A program made the position numbers and the translations under genes. A model generated the notes under the pieces. It did not search any database. It had not been told where the DNA came from and worked only from the letters and a program-made list of their open reading frames with translations. This document shows, in pieces, positions 10,877 through 21,223 of a stretch of 64,000 nucleotides of DNA. Each line of letters opens with the position of its first letter. The stretch's first letter is position 1. The stretch comes from an uncultured Verrucomicrobiae bacterium (GTDB lineage Bacteria; Verrucomicrobiota; Verrucomicrobiia; Chthoniobacterales; JAFAMB01): NCBI GenBank assembly GCA_963813025.1, contig CAWEXO010000015.1:99849-163848 (forward strand). Reading direction: 5' to 3'.

Positions 10877-11420
10877 ATCGATAGGATCATCATTTTTCAC
10901 GGTCCTATCGGATTCATTGGACAGATTCAGAATCTCGACCCCGACCACCTGATGCTCGGATTGAAATCCAAGACCACTCCAGGCGACACTCTTCCAGCTC
11001 GGCCATACTCCTATCGACGCCTGGATCCAAAAGATGGATGTCGATAGTGATGGCGGACGACGAGAATCCGGACTTCGTGGCCAACGCCGCGGAACAGGAA
11101 GTGATAAGGGAACCGCCGCACATTCGCTCTCCGGATATCACGCTCCCGGATTGAAAAATTGGTCGAGTTCCTCTAATGACATGCCAAGGGATGGATTCGC
11201 CTCAAATTCTCAAATTCCGCATCGCGACGCAGAGCTTCTGCTATCCCTTCATCTTCGTCGTGCAGGACCGATGGAAGCGATCCCAGTAGGTGTGCCGCCA
11301 GGACAGCTCTCTCGGTCTCTGGTAAATCCAGTGCCAGTTTCTCGACTTCTGCTATGGCGCCATCGGAGCAAGTCTAGTTTCAACGGCCTCGAAGGCTAGG
11401 ACTCATCGGAAAACCGCAAC

Positions 11421-11840
11421 CTAATTCGATCGCGGTCTGATGCCACATCTGCCGATTCTCAAAGTTCTCGATCGTCGGGTCGGTTCCTCTTTCATGGCGA
11501 GGTTCGCATCCAGGTTAATCTGCGTCGACTGGAGGGATTCATGTGCAAGCCAGATCGCGATCAACGAGCGATCGACGCCAGCCTGCAGTAACTCCATTGC
11601 TGCCGCGTGTCGAAGAAACATGCGGACTTACCCGTTTGTTGATCAGAGAAGGCACTTTTGTCGAGCGAGTGCTACGTGCTTAGCGACCATGCGTTGCACA
11701 GCGTCAGCGCTGAGCCGGTCACCCCGCGCATTCGGGAACAGGAACTTCGATGGCTCTCTTCCCAATTCTTCTATTCAAGCACTCAACACCGACACCGCCC
11801 GCTTTGCCAAAGGAGTGCGGCGCTCCTTGCGCCCTTTTCC
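11421..11840 (-). pseudogene. Tyrosine recombinase C-terminal remnant (XerD/RIT-like)
   Basis: GKGRKERRTPL...LFPNARG...RVSPH/LRHAAAMELLQAGVDRSLIAIWLAHES with a stop codon and frameshifts. Confidence 0.85.
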
Positions 11841-11852
11841 TGGCGTCCTTGA

Positions 11853-13016
11853 CTATTCTGAGCGCAGAGGTCTGAATAACTCACGGATCTCCTGGGCCAA
11901 AGCCTCCGGCTGCTCCATCGCAGCGAAGTGTCCCCCTCGTGGCATCACACTCCAGCGACGGATGTCCCTGAAGACTCGTTCTGCTAAAGAACGGGGCGGC
12001 CGTACTATCTCATGAGGGAATTCACAATAGCCGGTGGGAACGGTGACGATTTTGGTCTCCTCGATCTGCCATGAGCTATGCCTACGCGAATAATAGGGCC
12101 AGAAGGACGAACCGATCGCGCCCGTGAACCAATACAACCCAATATTCGCGAGAAGCTGGTCCCGCGTGAAGACAGTTTCGATGTCTCCTGCGCAGTCAGA
12201 CCACGTACGAAATTTCTCTACGATCCAGGCCGCAAGACCCGCCGGGGAGTCCGTCAGAGCAAAGGCGAGCGTCTGGGGCCGAGTACCTTGAATCCAGCCA
12301 TAACCGGATTCCTCCTTCATCCAGGCCCGGAGCTCCTCAAGGTAGCGGCTCTCCTCCGGCGTGCGAGCGGAGAACCCCTCCGCGTTATGGCCCACCGGCA
12401 TCATGTTAAGGTGCAATCCCGACATACGCTCCGGGTACGCGAGGCCAAGGCGCGCCGTGATCCTCGAGCCCCAATCTCCGCCCTGCGCACCAAAACGCCT
12501 GTAGCCCAGAACGTCTGTCATCAACTCGGCGAAACAGTCGGCAATTGCTTCGATCCCAAAGCGCGCCTGACCTGAAGTGAAGGACAGACCATAGCCTGGA
12601 AGTGAAGGCACGACGACCGTGAACGCATCTGCAGGATCTGCTCCGAACCGACCTGGATCAGTCAGCCTTGGAATCAGCTCAAGGAACTCAAAGACCGAAC
12701 CGGGCCAGCCGTGGGACAGAAGCAACGGATGAGGATCAGGGCCCTTCCCAGGCACGTGCATAAAATGCAGGTCGATGCCTTGCAAGTTAACCTTGTATTG
12801 AGGAAAGGAATTCAGCCGCGCCTCTTGAGCGCGCCAGTCGAAGTCATGTCGCCAATAGTCGACAAATCCTGCCATCCAATTGAGATCCGTGCCATAAGCC
12901 CATGGCTCACCGGGCGCTTGATCAGGGAATCGCGTCCGTGACAGGCGCTCTCGCAAGTCGGCAAGAGCCGCATCTGGAACGTGTAGGTTGAAAGTTTCGG
13001 GTTGTTTGCTTGTCAT
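11853..13016 (-). CDS. Epoxide hydrolase (microsomal type, alpha/beta fold)
   Basis: HGWPGS, QGGDWG and GGHFAAMEQP motifs; start taken at MTSKQ. Confidence 0.92.
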   Translation of the reverse strand: MTSKQPETFNLHVPDAALADLRERLSRTRFPDQAPGEPWAYGTDLNWMAGFVDYWRHDFDWRAQEARLNSFPQYKVNLQGIDLHFMHVPGKGPDPHPLLLSHGWPGSVFEFLELIPRLTDPGRFGADPADAFTVVVPSLPGYGLSFTSGQARFGIEAIADCFAELMTDVLGYRRFGAQGGDWGSRITARLGLAYPERMSGLHLNMMPVGHNAEGFSARTPEESRYLEELRAWMKEESGYGWIQGTRPQTLAFALTDSPAGLAAWIVEKFRTWSDCAGDIETVFTRDQLLANIGLYWFTGAIGSSFWPYYSRRHSSWQIEETKIVTVPTGYCEFPHEIVRPPRSLAERVFRDIRRWSVMPRGGHFAAMEQPEALAQEIRELFRPLRSE

Positions 13017-13374
13017 TGTGTTTCTCCAGAGAGTTGTGGATTCAGAGCAAAGAGGGTGACTAAAAGGCCGGAGGAGCGGCTGATCTCGCGGAAATTTACC
13101 AAGGATACATTGCGTGCTTGAATGCACGCGACCTAAGTCGCCTCGACGATTCAAGTCAACAACCTGGTACAAGTACAAACTGGTCACCTCACTGACCTTT
13201 TACATATACCTGCTCAACGCGCGGGTCGAGGAACTCCGGCGTCACAAGCGCTGGCAATGAGCCGCGTGAACGCTCTTAAACTCGCCGCGCTCGAAACGTT
13301 CGAGAATCTGGGCGCGCGACCCGCCAGAGGCCTCTGGCACATGAACGAGACGTCGCACGACAGAGTCCAGCAGC

Positions 13375-13724
13375 TCAGGGTAGTTTGTCGAAAAAGAGAT
13401 AAAGGGCGGCAATCCGGCCGTCTCGGGCAATGATGAAATCAGTCCCGGCGTAAGCTGGCGCCTCACCGGGGCGGCCCGATACCCATTGGATCCGCCCGCC
13501 ATTGCCCAATTCCTCGGGCTCGGCAATTGGCTGATATCGAAAGTCAGGGTGAGCCGCCTTGATCGCGCCTGCGACGCGATCGATCTCGTCGCGGCCATGG
13601 GGTCGTAGAACACGCAATCTTCGGTGAAGATCTCGTCGATGGCCGCACGCCGACGCGTGGGGTCGTTTTCACCGAAGACCTTGTGAAGATTGCGGATCAG
13701 CAAGGTCGATATGGTGTAGGACAT
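13375..13724 (-). pseudogene. SnoaL/NTF2-like protein, frameshifted
   Basis: MSYTISTLLIRNLHKVFGENDPTRRRAAIDEIFTEDCVFYDP continues in another frame as GRDEIDRVAGAIKA...GTDFIIARDGRIAALYLF. Confidence 0.8.
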
Positions 13725-13824
13725 GATCGCCTGATTCTGGTCGGCGAAGTCATTGTGGAACGAGATGTTGTCGAAATCAAGGGAGGTAAGGAAGTGACCG
13801 TTTACGAGACATGGCCTTCGGCCG

Positions 13825-14079
13825 ATGGACAGCACGATTTTCAAGGCAAAAGCCGGGCGGACGAATAGGTGGAATAGCGGCACCGGTGCACGCCAGACCG
13901 CTCTTTTCATCGGCAGAATCCGCGGTAGACTGAGCCTCAAAGAACTTGGGCGACTGGCAGGCGGGATTCATCACAACGCTGTGGGGATCGCCATTCGTCG
14001 TTTCACTCAACGCCTCCAGAGCGATCGCACCCTCCTTGAAAAGGTCTCGCTTGTTCTAAAGGAACTAGAGCCTCGGTAA
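13825..14079 (+). pseudogene. C-terminal HTH remnant resembling the DnaA-C-like tail of Y1 (RAYT-like) transposases
   Basis: ARQTALF...LSLKELGRLAGGIHHNAVGIAIRRF; GACGCGACCCC motif downstream. Confidence 0.5.
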
Positions 14080-14277
14080 CAACCGCTCCTTTGTTGTATA
14101 GGAAGCCGCATGCATCACTTCCGATTCCGCACATGAGAAAGTCGGCTCGCATCGTGCCGAATGCTTCCAATCTTTTAGTCGTTGGGCTGAATACTAGTTT
14201 CTTTTGTCTTTTGTATAGACGCGACCCCTCCCTGCACTTCTGGCTTTCTTTTTCGGCATCATGTATAGGTTTTTCCG

Positions 14278-14500
14278 ATGCCTCCTGTTACCTTGAGCGC
14301 AGTATTGAACCCTGAGGACTCCGGATACGTCGCTCTTTGCCCTGAGTTGGACATAGCCAGCCAAGGCGAGTCACTGGATGAGGCCTTAGCCAACTTGAAA
14401 GAAGCGGTCGAAGGCTTTTGAGGCGGCGAGCTCCACCGAAATCGAAACTCGGCTTAAGCGTCGTGCGCTTTTCACTCACTTCGAAGTAACCCGTGCCTAA
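14278..14500 (+). pseudogene. hicB: HicB-family antitoxin, frameshifted
   Basis: MPPVTLSAVLNPEDSGYVALCPELDIASQGESLDEALANLKEAVEGF then a premature stop; not in the ORF track. Confidence 0.8.
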
Positions 14501-14707
14501 GCTGGGCATTTTCTCGGGAGACGAAGTTTGTCTCATCTTGGAAGCGCACGGCTTTCGTCGGGTGCGCCGTAAAGGCAGTCATGCAGTAGCAGACCGCAGA
14601 CACCACTATCACCGTTCCTGTCCCGCTCCATCGGGAACTTGAGGATCGGTACGCTTCAATCGATTATCCGGCAATCTGGACTCGGCCGTGAGCCTTTTCT
14701 CGTTTAA
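14493..14707 (+). pseudogene. hicA: HicA-family toxin, frameshifted
   Basis: MPKLGIFSGDEVCLILEAHGFRRVRRKGSH...TVPVPLHREL/IGTLQSIIRQSGL. Confidence 0.8.
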
Positions 14708-15814
14708 TCCTGCAACAGTTCTCCGCCTTGGCGCGACGCTTCCGAAAGAAACCAGGTCCAACGACGGTGGAATCGATGCCTAACGGCGCCAGTTCCCGAA
14801 TTTTCCCGAGCGAGTAGCGGAGTTGCAGTAAGCAGACAGATATCAGGATTAAATGAGGGTCGGGAGCGATTTTTAACGCGCTTCGATAACTCGACAAAAC
14901 TCATTTATCCGGCGCCGCACCAGCCGCTGCCGTCTCCGGCCGCTGGAACTGCGATTCCAGTGCGCTGCCGCCGGATTGGCTTGTGAAAAGCAGCGGACGC
15001 TCGTGCGAGACACGTTGTGGAACTTCCTCATAGGCATAAGCAAGCGAGGTACCTTGGATTTCGGAGAATCGCTGACGGATTGCGCTATCAGGGAAGTGCG
15101 CGGTTTCCGGAACGGCGGTTGCTGTGCACGACACAGCCGCGACATGGATGATGAATTTGGTGTCGCATTCTCGCTTTTTCATCTCTCTGATGACAAGCTT
15201 GGCCTCACTGCCGTTCTTTCTCTTAACGCTTCCAGCTGAAGCTCTTGCCGATACGCGATTCCCAATCTCTCGAAAACTAGCCGGGACTCGAGCCGGACTC
15301 TGAAGGAATTTGCTAGCTCAATTTCGAGTGCCTTTCGTTACGTCGGGCAGACCGAAGGCCTTCAAAAGATCCTTCTTCGATATGCGAGGTTCAGTTCTTT
15401 CGTCGCTGTTGTTCCGGCGTTGATGCCGGTTTTGCTCCTGAAAGAGCTGCGATTAGACGGGTCGTCCCTTTGAGATGCGAATCCAAACGGTTAGCACTGA
15501 TTGCGTCGTCCCAAGGCCGGCAACCAACGCCCGGGAAATTGATCGGCGAGGGTGCGCGGCCAGTGTTGGGCCGGCCCCAGGGGGACCGACCCCCGAACCC
15601 CCAAATAAATATGCCCTGACTCAAAAACGCGTTACACTGGGGATTCCCATATTTACGTGGAGAGGCAGCCGATGATCCAAACACATAGAGAATTTGTACA
15701 TAGATTGACCACAAAAGACCACACTTTTGCTTCCGCCCACTTCCATGGGTTTCTAGGCTGATTGAATTCCCTAGGGAAACACTAGGAACACAGCGGAAAA
15801 CAGAACCGTAAAAT

Positions 15815-15841
15815 CGGGTTCAAGTCCCCCCCCGAGCACCA
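15815..15841 (+). other. att site (attR): complete tRNA 3' end with CCA, probably from tRNA-Leu
   Basis: CGGGTTCAAGTCCCCCCCCGAGCACCA; upstream sequence cannot form the acceptor or D arm; tRNA identity is inferred. Confidence 0.85.
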
Positions 15842-15905
15842 GAACTAAGGGGCTTCCGGTGAAAACTCGTCGTTAAGGCGGGCTTGTTAGCTTCCTACTA
15901 ATACG

Positions 15906-16994
15906 ATGGCATCGCTCGAACCGCAGCTTACTCTCCAATTCGGCGCCCGTTCCTATCCTGTTTACATCGGCGCTGGTATTCTGCCGGAGATCGGACGGCT
16001 CGCTCGCCGGGCCGGCTTGAACGCGCCTTGCGCGATAGTGTCGGATGCGACTGTGGACCAGCTTTACGGTTCAGCCGTCAGGGGGTCTCTCCGCCAGGCC
16101 GGACTCCAGCATTCGACTCACCTGATTGCTCCTGGAGAAGCGTCGAAATCCTTTGAAGCCCTGCAACGCCTGGCTGAAAGCGTGGCCGCGACTGGCCTCG
16201 ATCGACAGGGATTCGTCATCGCGCTCGGTGGCGGTGTGGTTGGCGATCTGGCCGGCTTTTTTGCTTCCATTTACCGGCGCGGACTGCCCTACCTACAGGT
16301 CCCAACTACGGTCATGGCGCAAGTCGATAGCGCCGTTGGCGGCAAAACCGGGATTAATCTTTCCGCCGGAAAAAACCTGCTTGGCACGTTTCATCAGCCA
16401 CGGTTCGTCCTCGCAGACCCGGCCACGTTGATCACGCTGCCTCCGCGGGAACGGAATGAAGGCTTTGCCGAGATTATCAAGTACGGCATCATTCGCCAGC
16501 CGGATCTTTTGGAGGACCTGGAGCGCGGATCTTTCACTATGCCTGAACTGGTCCGGCGGTGTCTCGCGATTAAAGCCGATTTCGTGACGAAAGACGAGGA
16601 GGAACGCTCGGGAGAACGCGCTCTGCTGAACTTCGGCCACACGATCGGACACGGCATCGAAGCCGCCGCGGGGTATGGTACCCTCCTCCACGGCGAAGCG
16701 ATCAGCCTTGGAATCCGGGCGGCTATTCTGGTCTCAATGCGGGTTGCCGGGCTCTCCGCAGCCGAAGGGCAGCGCGTAATCGGTCTGCTCGATCGTTTTG
16801 ATCTGCCCACCCGACTCAGTCCGGATCTTTCGAAGGCCGAAATCCTGGAGAAGATTTTTTCCGATAAAAAGTTCGTTAGCCGCCGCATTCGCTTTGTCGT
16901 GGCGCCCCGCCTGGGCTTTGCCGAGTTGACTGATCGAGTAAGCGAAGAAGATCTGGAGTGGAGCATCGACGCTCTGGCAGACTCCGGGGTGTGA
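15906..16994 (+). CDS. aroB: 3-dehydroquinate synthase
   Basis: GGGVVGDLAGF, QVDSAVGGKTGIN, LNFGHTIGH. Confidence 0.97.
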   Translation: MASLEPQLTLQFGARSYPVYIGAGILPEIGRLARRAGLNAPCAIVSDATVDQLYGSAVRGSLRQAGLQHSTHLIAPGEASKSFEALQRLAESVAATGLDRQGFVIALGGGVVGDLAGFFASIYRRGLPYLQVPTTVMAQVDSAVGGKTGINLSAGKNLLGTFHQPRFVLADPATLITLPPRERNEGFAEIIKYGIIRQPDLLEDLERGSFTMPELVRRCLAIKADFVTKDEEERSGERALLNFGHTIGHGIEAAAGYGTLLHGEAISLGIRAAILVSMRVAGLSAAEGQRVIGLLDRFDLPTRLSPDLSKAEILEKIFSDKKFVSRRIRFVVAPRLGFAELTDRVSEEDLEWSIDALADSGV

Positions 16995-18079
16995 CCCGCA
17001 TCGAAGCGCTGATCGTGCTCAATATGCTCCCGAACCTCGGTCCAGTGCGGCTTCGCCGCCTCCTCGAGCGGTTCGGGTCGCCTGAAGCAGTTCTGCGCGC
17101 GAATTCTTCCCAACTCGAGCAGGTTGATGGGCTCACTCGGCCGCTGATCGCATCTTTGCGTGAGTGGGAATCGACCCTCGATCTCCAAGCCGAACTCCGA
17201 CGCATTCAGGAATTCGGAGCGAGTATAGTCACCCAGGATTCCTCAGAGTATCCGCGGCTCCTGCGGGAAATCCATGACCCCCCAATGGTTCTGTACGTCT
17301 GGGGCAAGCTCACCGAGAGAGATCAGCACGGCATCGGCGTTGTCGGCTCCCGCCGGACAAGCCACTACGGCCTCGAATGCGCGAAGCGCTTGTCTTACCA
17401 GATAGCCTACTCCGGGCTGACCGTGGTCAGCGGTTTGGCTCGTGGGATTGACACGGCAGCGCATCAGGGAGCGTTGGCGGCCAAAGGGCGAACAATCGCT
17501 GTTCTCGGAACCGGCCTGACGCACCTCTATCCGGCCGAGAACCGCGCGTTAGCAGAGAAAATAGCGGAGTCAGGGGCTGTGATCAGCGAATTTCCGATGG
17601 AAACGACGCCCGACCGGCAAACCTTTCCGATGCGGAACCGCATTATCAGTGGATGGGGATTCGGTCTGCTGGTGGTTGAGGCGGGCATCAACAGCGGTGC
17701 GCTCATCAGCGCCTCGCAGGCAGCGGAGCAGGGTCGCTCGCTTTATGCCGTTCCCGGACAAATCGATCGACCCACCTCCCATGGCACGAATCGATTGATT
17801 CAGCAAGGGGCAAAGCTGGTGATGTCGGTAGACGATATTCTGCAGGATCTGCAAACATTTTTTCCGACTCCACCGACACTTGAGCGAAGCCGGCCGCCGA
17901 ACCTGTCCGAAAACATGCAAAAAGTATACGAGGCCATTTCCACGGACTCCACGTCGATCGACGAGATTATCGACCGTTCGGGCTTGCCCGCCGGCGCGGC
18001 AGCTGCGGCTCTGCTTCAGCTTGAAATGAAACGCCTGGTGAAACAGTTACCGGGAAAGTTTTTCGTTCGGCTGCTGTGA
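16991..18079 (+). CDS. dprA: DNA-processing protein DprA
   Basis: VSGLARGID.AAH, FPMRNRIISG; GTG start overlaps the aroB stop. Confidence 0.95.
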   Translation: MTRIEALIVLNMLPNLGPVRLRRLLERFGSPEAVLRANSSQLEQVDGLTRPLIASLREWESTLDLQAELRRIQEFGASIVTQDSSEYPRLLREIHDPPMVLYVWGKLTERDQHGIGVVGSRRTSHYGLECAKRLSYQIAYSGLTVVSGLARGIDTAAHQGALAAKGRTIAVLGTGLTHLYPAENRALAEKIAESGAVISEFPMETTPDRQTFPMRNRIISGWGFGLLVVEAGINSGALISASQAAEQGRSLYAVPGQIDRPTSHGTNRLIQQGAKLVMSVDDILQDLQTFFPTPPTLERSRPPNLSENMQKVYEAISTDSTSIDEIIDRSGLPAGAAAAALLQLEMKRLVKQLPGKFFVRLL

Positions 18080-18082
18080 GGA

Positions 18083-18256
18083 AGTGCCAGTGCCAGTGCT
18101 AGTGCTAGTGCCACTCAGTGTCGGCGCTGCTCAGAACGGGCAAGAGCACACAGATCGAAATACCTGGTTCTGTGACAAGCCCTTATGGATGGGTCCCGTA
18201 GGTCGATGGGCCCTATGGGTTCTATGGGCGCGGACACTAGCACTAGCACTGACACT
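18083..18256. repeat. Inward-facing hexamer arrays (AGTGCY)5 and (AGCACT/GACACT)4 enclosing degenerate 9-mer repeats
   Basis: 18083-18112 and 18233-18256 are reverse-complement arrays; ccctatggg-like units at 18180-18229. Confidence 0.85.
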
Positions 18257-18331
18257 CCCTTAAATTGATTTGCCAGCCAGCCGGATGACCTCTACTGTCC
18301 CGCCTCGTCAAAAGGATGCACGTATCAGCAC

Positions 18332-20806
18332 ATGGGAAAGGCGCTTGTCATTGCAGAAAAACCGAGTGTTGCCTCCGATCTCAGTCGAGCCCTCGGCGGT
18401 CTCGAAAAGAAAGGTGATTATTTCGAAAACGAGGAGTTTATCGTCTCCTCGACCATTGGCCATTTGGTCGAACTGGCGAGACCAGGCGACCTCGATAACG
18501 GCAAGGGCAAATGGAGCTTGCAGAATCTGCCGATCATTCCCGACCCCTTCGAGCTGAAGCCGATCCCGAAGACTGAAGCCCGCTACAAACTCCTCAAACG
18601 CCTGTTAAAGCGCGACGATGTCGACTTGGTGATTAACGCCTGCGATGCCGGCCGGGAAGGCGAGCTGATCTTTCGGTACCTCATTCAGCTGGCCAACATC
18701 AAGAAACCAATTCGCCGCCTCTGGCTGCAATCCATGACCGGGCAGGCCATTCGCGAGGCGTTTACTCACTTGCGCACGAACGAAGAGATGTTGCCATTGG
18801 CCGACGCGGCAGTTTGCCGGTCGGAAAGCGATTGGTTGATCGGCATTAACGCAACGCGCGCTCTAACCGCGCTCCAAAATAAAGCGGGTGGATTCCAACT
18901 AACTCCGGCCGGCCGGGTACAGACGCCCACTTTGGCCATTCTGGTCGAACGGGAACAGAAGATCCGCCTGTTCGAGCCGCGTACGTACTGGGAAGTGTTT
19001 GCCGAGTTCCAAGTGACACACGGTACCTACCGCGGTCGCTGGTTCGACGAGCATTTCCGGCGAGAACAGGATGAAGACGCTCGCGCCGAACGTATTTGGG
19101 AACGAGCCCGGGCAGAAGCGATCAAGAGCAAAGTCCTCGGACAAAGCGGCAGCGTCACTGAAGAACGCAAGCCAACGAGCCAGATCGCTCCGCTGCTCTA
19201 CGACCTCACATCGCTGCAGAGAGAAGCAAATTCACGGTTCGGTTTCTCAGCCAAGTCGACCCTGCAGATCGCGCAACAACTTTACGAACGTTACAAGCTG
19301 ATCACTTATCCCCGCACCGATTCACGCCATTTGCCGGGCGACTATCTTGGCACAACGCGACGCATACTCGAGACGATCGCCGATCCCTCTTTGCGGACCC
19401 ACGCGCAAACGGTTTTGAGCAACGGTTGGGTCCGGCCAAACAAACGCATCTTCGATGATTCCAAAATCAGCGACCATTTCGCCATCATTCCGACGGGCCA
19501 GAATCCGCGCCCACTCGAGGACGCTCCGCGGAAGATTTTTGACCTGGTGCTGCGCCGTTTCGTAGCCGCTTTCTTTCCGCCCGCTCAATTTGAAGTCACG
19601 ACGAGGATAACGCGGGTCGCGGAAGAAGCTTTCAAAACCGAGGGCCGGATTCTCAAAGATCCGGGCTGGCTGATCGTTTACGGACGCCAGCTCGATGAAG
19701 AGGGCGACGGGGAACTGGTCGAGGTTGTCGCGGGCGAAAACGCTAAGGCAACCGAAGTCGAGGTCCGGGAGAGCGTCACCAAACCTCCGGCGCGCTACCA
19801 GGAAGGCACACTCCTCTCGGCGATGGAAGGAGCGGGCAAACTGGTCGAAGATGAAGATTTGCGCGATGCGATGTCGGAAAAAGGCTTGGGAACGCCGGCC
19901 ACTCGGGCCCAAATCATCGAGGGCCTGATCCAGGATGGTTACGTTTTTCGCGAAGGAAGAGATCTGGTGGTTGCGGCCAAAGGGCTGTCTCTCCTGACCC
20001 TGCTCGGCGCCATCGGCATCGACGCTTTGCGTTCCCCCGCGTTGACCGGCGATTGGGAATATCGCCTGAACCAGATGGAGCGCGGCCGCTTGCAGCGCGC
20101 GCGCTTCATGAATGATATCCGGTCGCTCGCCAAGCAGATCGTCGCCAAAGTCCAGTATTTCGCCAATGACAATCTCTCGATCGACAACATCGCCGGGACA
20201 TATGTCACGCTCGATGTCCGTTGTCCCAACTGCGAGGCCAGCAATCTCAAGGAGAACTACCGCACTTACTACTGCGAAAACTGCGGGTTCCGCTTTTTTA
20301 AGAACATGGCCAGCCGCGAATTGAGCGCGACGGAAGTCACGAATCTGTACCGAGAGGGCCGGATCGGTCCGTTGGAAGGCTTTCGCAGTCGTCTGGGCCG
20401 GCCATTCTCGGCCGTCGTTGTCCTAAATGATGAACGCAAGCCAGCCTTGGATTTTGAGCAGAACGGCGATCTCAAATCGCTAACGGTCGATCCGGCGGTT
20501 CACGGCAAGATTGGCCCCTGCCAGGTATGCGGCAAGGGCATGGTCTATGATGTGGGTCCGGCCTACGTTTGTGAAAATCTTGCGTCGGGCACCTGCACGT
20601 TCAAACTAGCTAAGCGGATTCTTGGCCGGGAAATTGCCCCGGATGAAATGCGCAAGATGCTGGTGGAAGGGAAAAGTGGCGTTCTCAAAGGATTTGTCTC
20701 CAAGAAGAACAAGCGGTCGTTCGACGCGATTCTGATCCTCGACAAGGGCAAAATGAGGTTTGAATTTCCGGAACGAAAAAAGCGGACAAAGAAACGGCAG
20801 GGATAA
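18332..20806 (+). CDS. topB: DNA topoisomerase III (type IA)
   Basis: IAEKPSVA, ACDAGREGELIF, GRVQTPT, ITYPRTDS; C-terminal repeats. Confidence 0.93.
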   Translation: MGKALVIAEKPSVASDLSRALGGLEKKGDYFENEEFIVSSTIGHLVELARPGDLDNGKGKWSLQNLPIIPDPFELKPIPKTEARYKLLKRLLKRDDVDLVINACDAGREGELIFRYLIQLANIKKPIRRLWLQSMTGQAIREAFTHLRTNEEMLPLADAAVCRSESDWLIGINATRALTALQNKAGGFQLTPAGRVQTPTLAILVEREQKIRLFEPRTYWEVFAEFQVTHGTYRGRWFDEHFRREQDEDARAERIWERARAEAIKSKVLGQSGSVTEERKPTSQIAPLLYDLTSLQREANSRFGFSAKSTLQIAQQLYERYKLITYPRTDSRHLPGDYLGTTRRILETIADPSLRTHAQTVLSNGWVRPNKRIFDDSKISDHFAIIPTGQNPRPLEDAPRKIFDLVLRRFVAAFFPPAQFEVTTRITRVAEEAFKTEGRILKDPGWLIVYGRQLDEEGDGELVEVVAGENAKATEVEVRESVTKPPARYQEGTLLSAMEGAGKLVEDEDLRDAMSEKGLGTPATRAQIIEGLIQDGYVFREGRDLVVAAKGLSLLTLLGAIGIDALRSPALTGDWEYRLNQMERGRLQRARFMNDIRSLAKQIVAKVQYFANDNLSIDNIAGTYVTLDVRCPNCEASNLKENYRTYYCENCGFRFFKNMASRELSATEVTNLYREGRIGPLEGFRSRLGRPFSAVVVLNDERKPALDFEQNGDLKSLTVDPAVHGKIGPCQVCGKGMVYDVGPAYVCENLASGTCTFKLAKRILGREIAPDEMRKMLVEGKSGVLKGFVSKKNKRSFDAILILDKGKMRFEFPERKKRTKKRQG

Positions 20807-20810
20807 TGTC

Positions 20811-21218
20811 AGTGCTAGTGCTAGTGCTAGTGGAACCGCGCCGGAAACTGCCTTCCCAGTACCGCCAACGTTGTCTACGCTGGCTGATGAGCTCGCAATT
20901 TTCACGGGAGTCAGTGGCGTTCACTGTTGGCCCGGCAATTCCTGAAGAGCGGCTTTAGCTGGGGCGAGAATTCAGAGAACGTCTCGCAAGACCCAAGCTC
21001 GGTAGGGTCAAGCTCCCGCTTGACCATTGGAGCGAAAGTCATCTCGCGATTCGGACGAGCAGGAGCTCATCCCTACCGCGCAGAAGTTGATCCCCAGCCA
21101 TCAGGAGCCCATCGCTCCTCGTGCTTGATCCCACTTCGAAAGCGGGTCAGATAATTTTTTTGCCGGCCGCCGCAGAGCAAGTTGAACGTTCCAGGTACAG
21201 CACACTGGCACTAGCACC
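20811..21218. repeat. Inward-facing AGTGCT arrays enclosing a GTAG-REP doublet (21001-21078)
   Basis: agtgctagtgctagtgctagtg ... cacactggcactagcacc; GGTAGGGTCAAGCTCCCGCTTGACC ... GGACGAGCAGGAGCTCATCCCTACC. Confidence 0.8.
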
Positions 21219-21223
21219 AACCC

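Larger units (their letters stand above)
1..15841. mobile_element. Decayed tandem genomic-island region ending at a tRNA-derived attR; left boundary lies outside the window
   Basis: Three tRNA 3'-end copies (6999, 9549, 15815), three integrase remnants and many pseudogenes; intact housekeeping genes start immediately afterwards at 15906. Confidence 0.8.

Noticed and set aside
14704..15714. Short ORFs before the attR
   Set aside because: No recognisable motifs; cannot be supported as genes
15760..15841. Complete tRNA gene
   Set aside because: Only the T-arm and 3' acceptor strand are present; there is no complementary 5' GCTCGGG or D/anticodon arm upstream. The same holds at 6999 and 9549.
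1..15841. Frameshifts as systematic sequencing error
   Set aside because: Long core genes from 15906 onward are uninterrupted, so real decay is more likely; individual indels cannot be verified without reads
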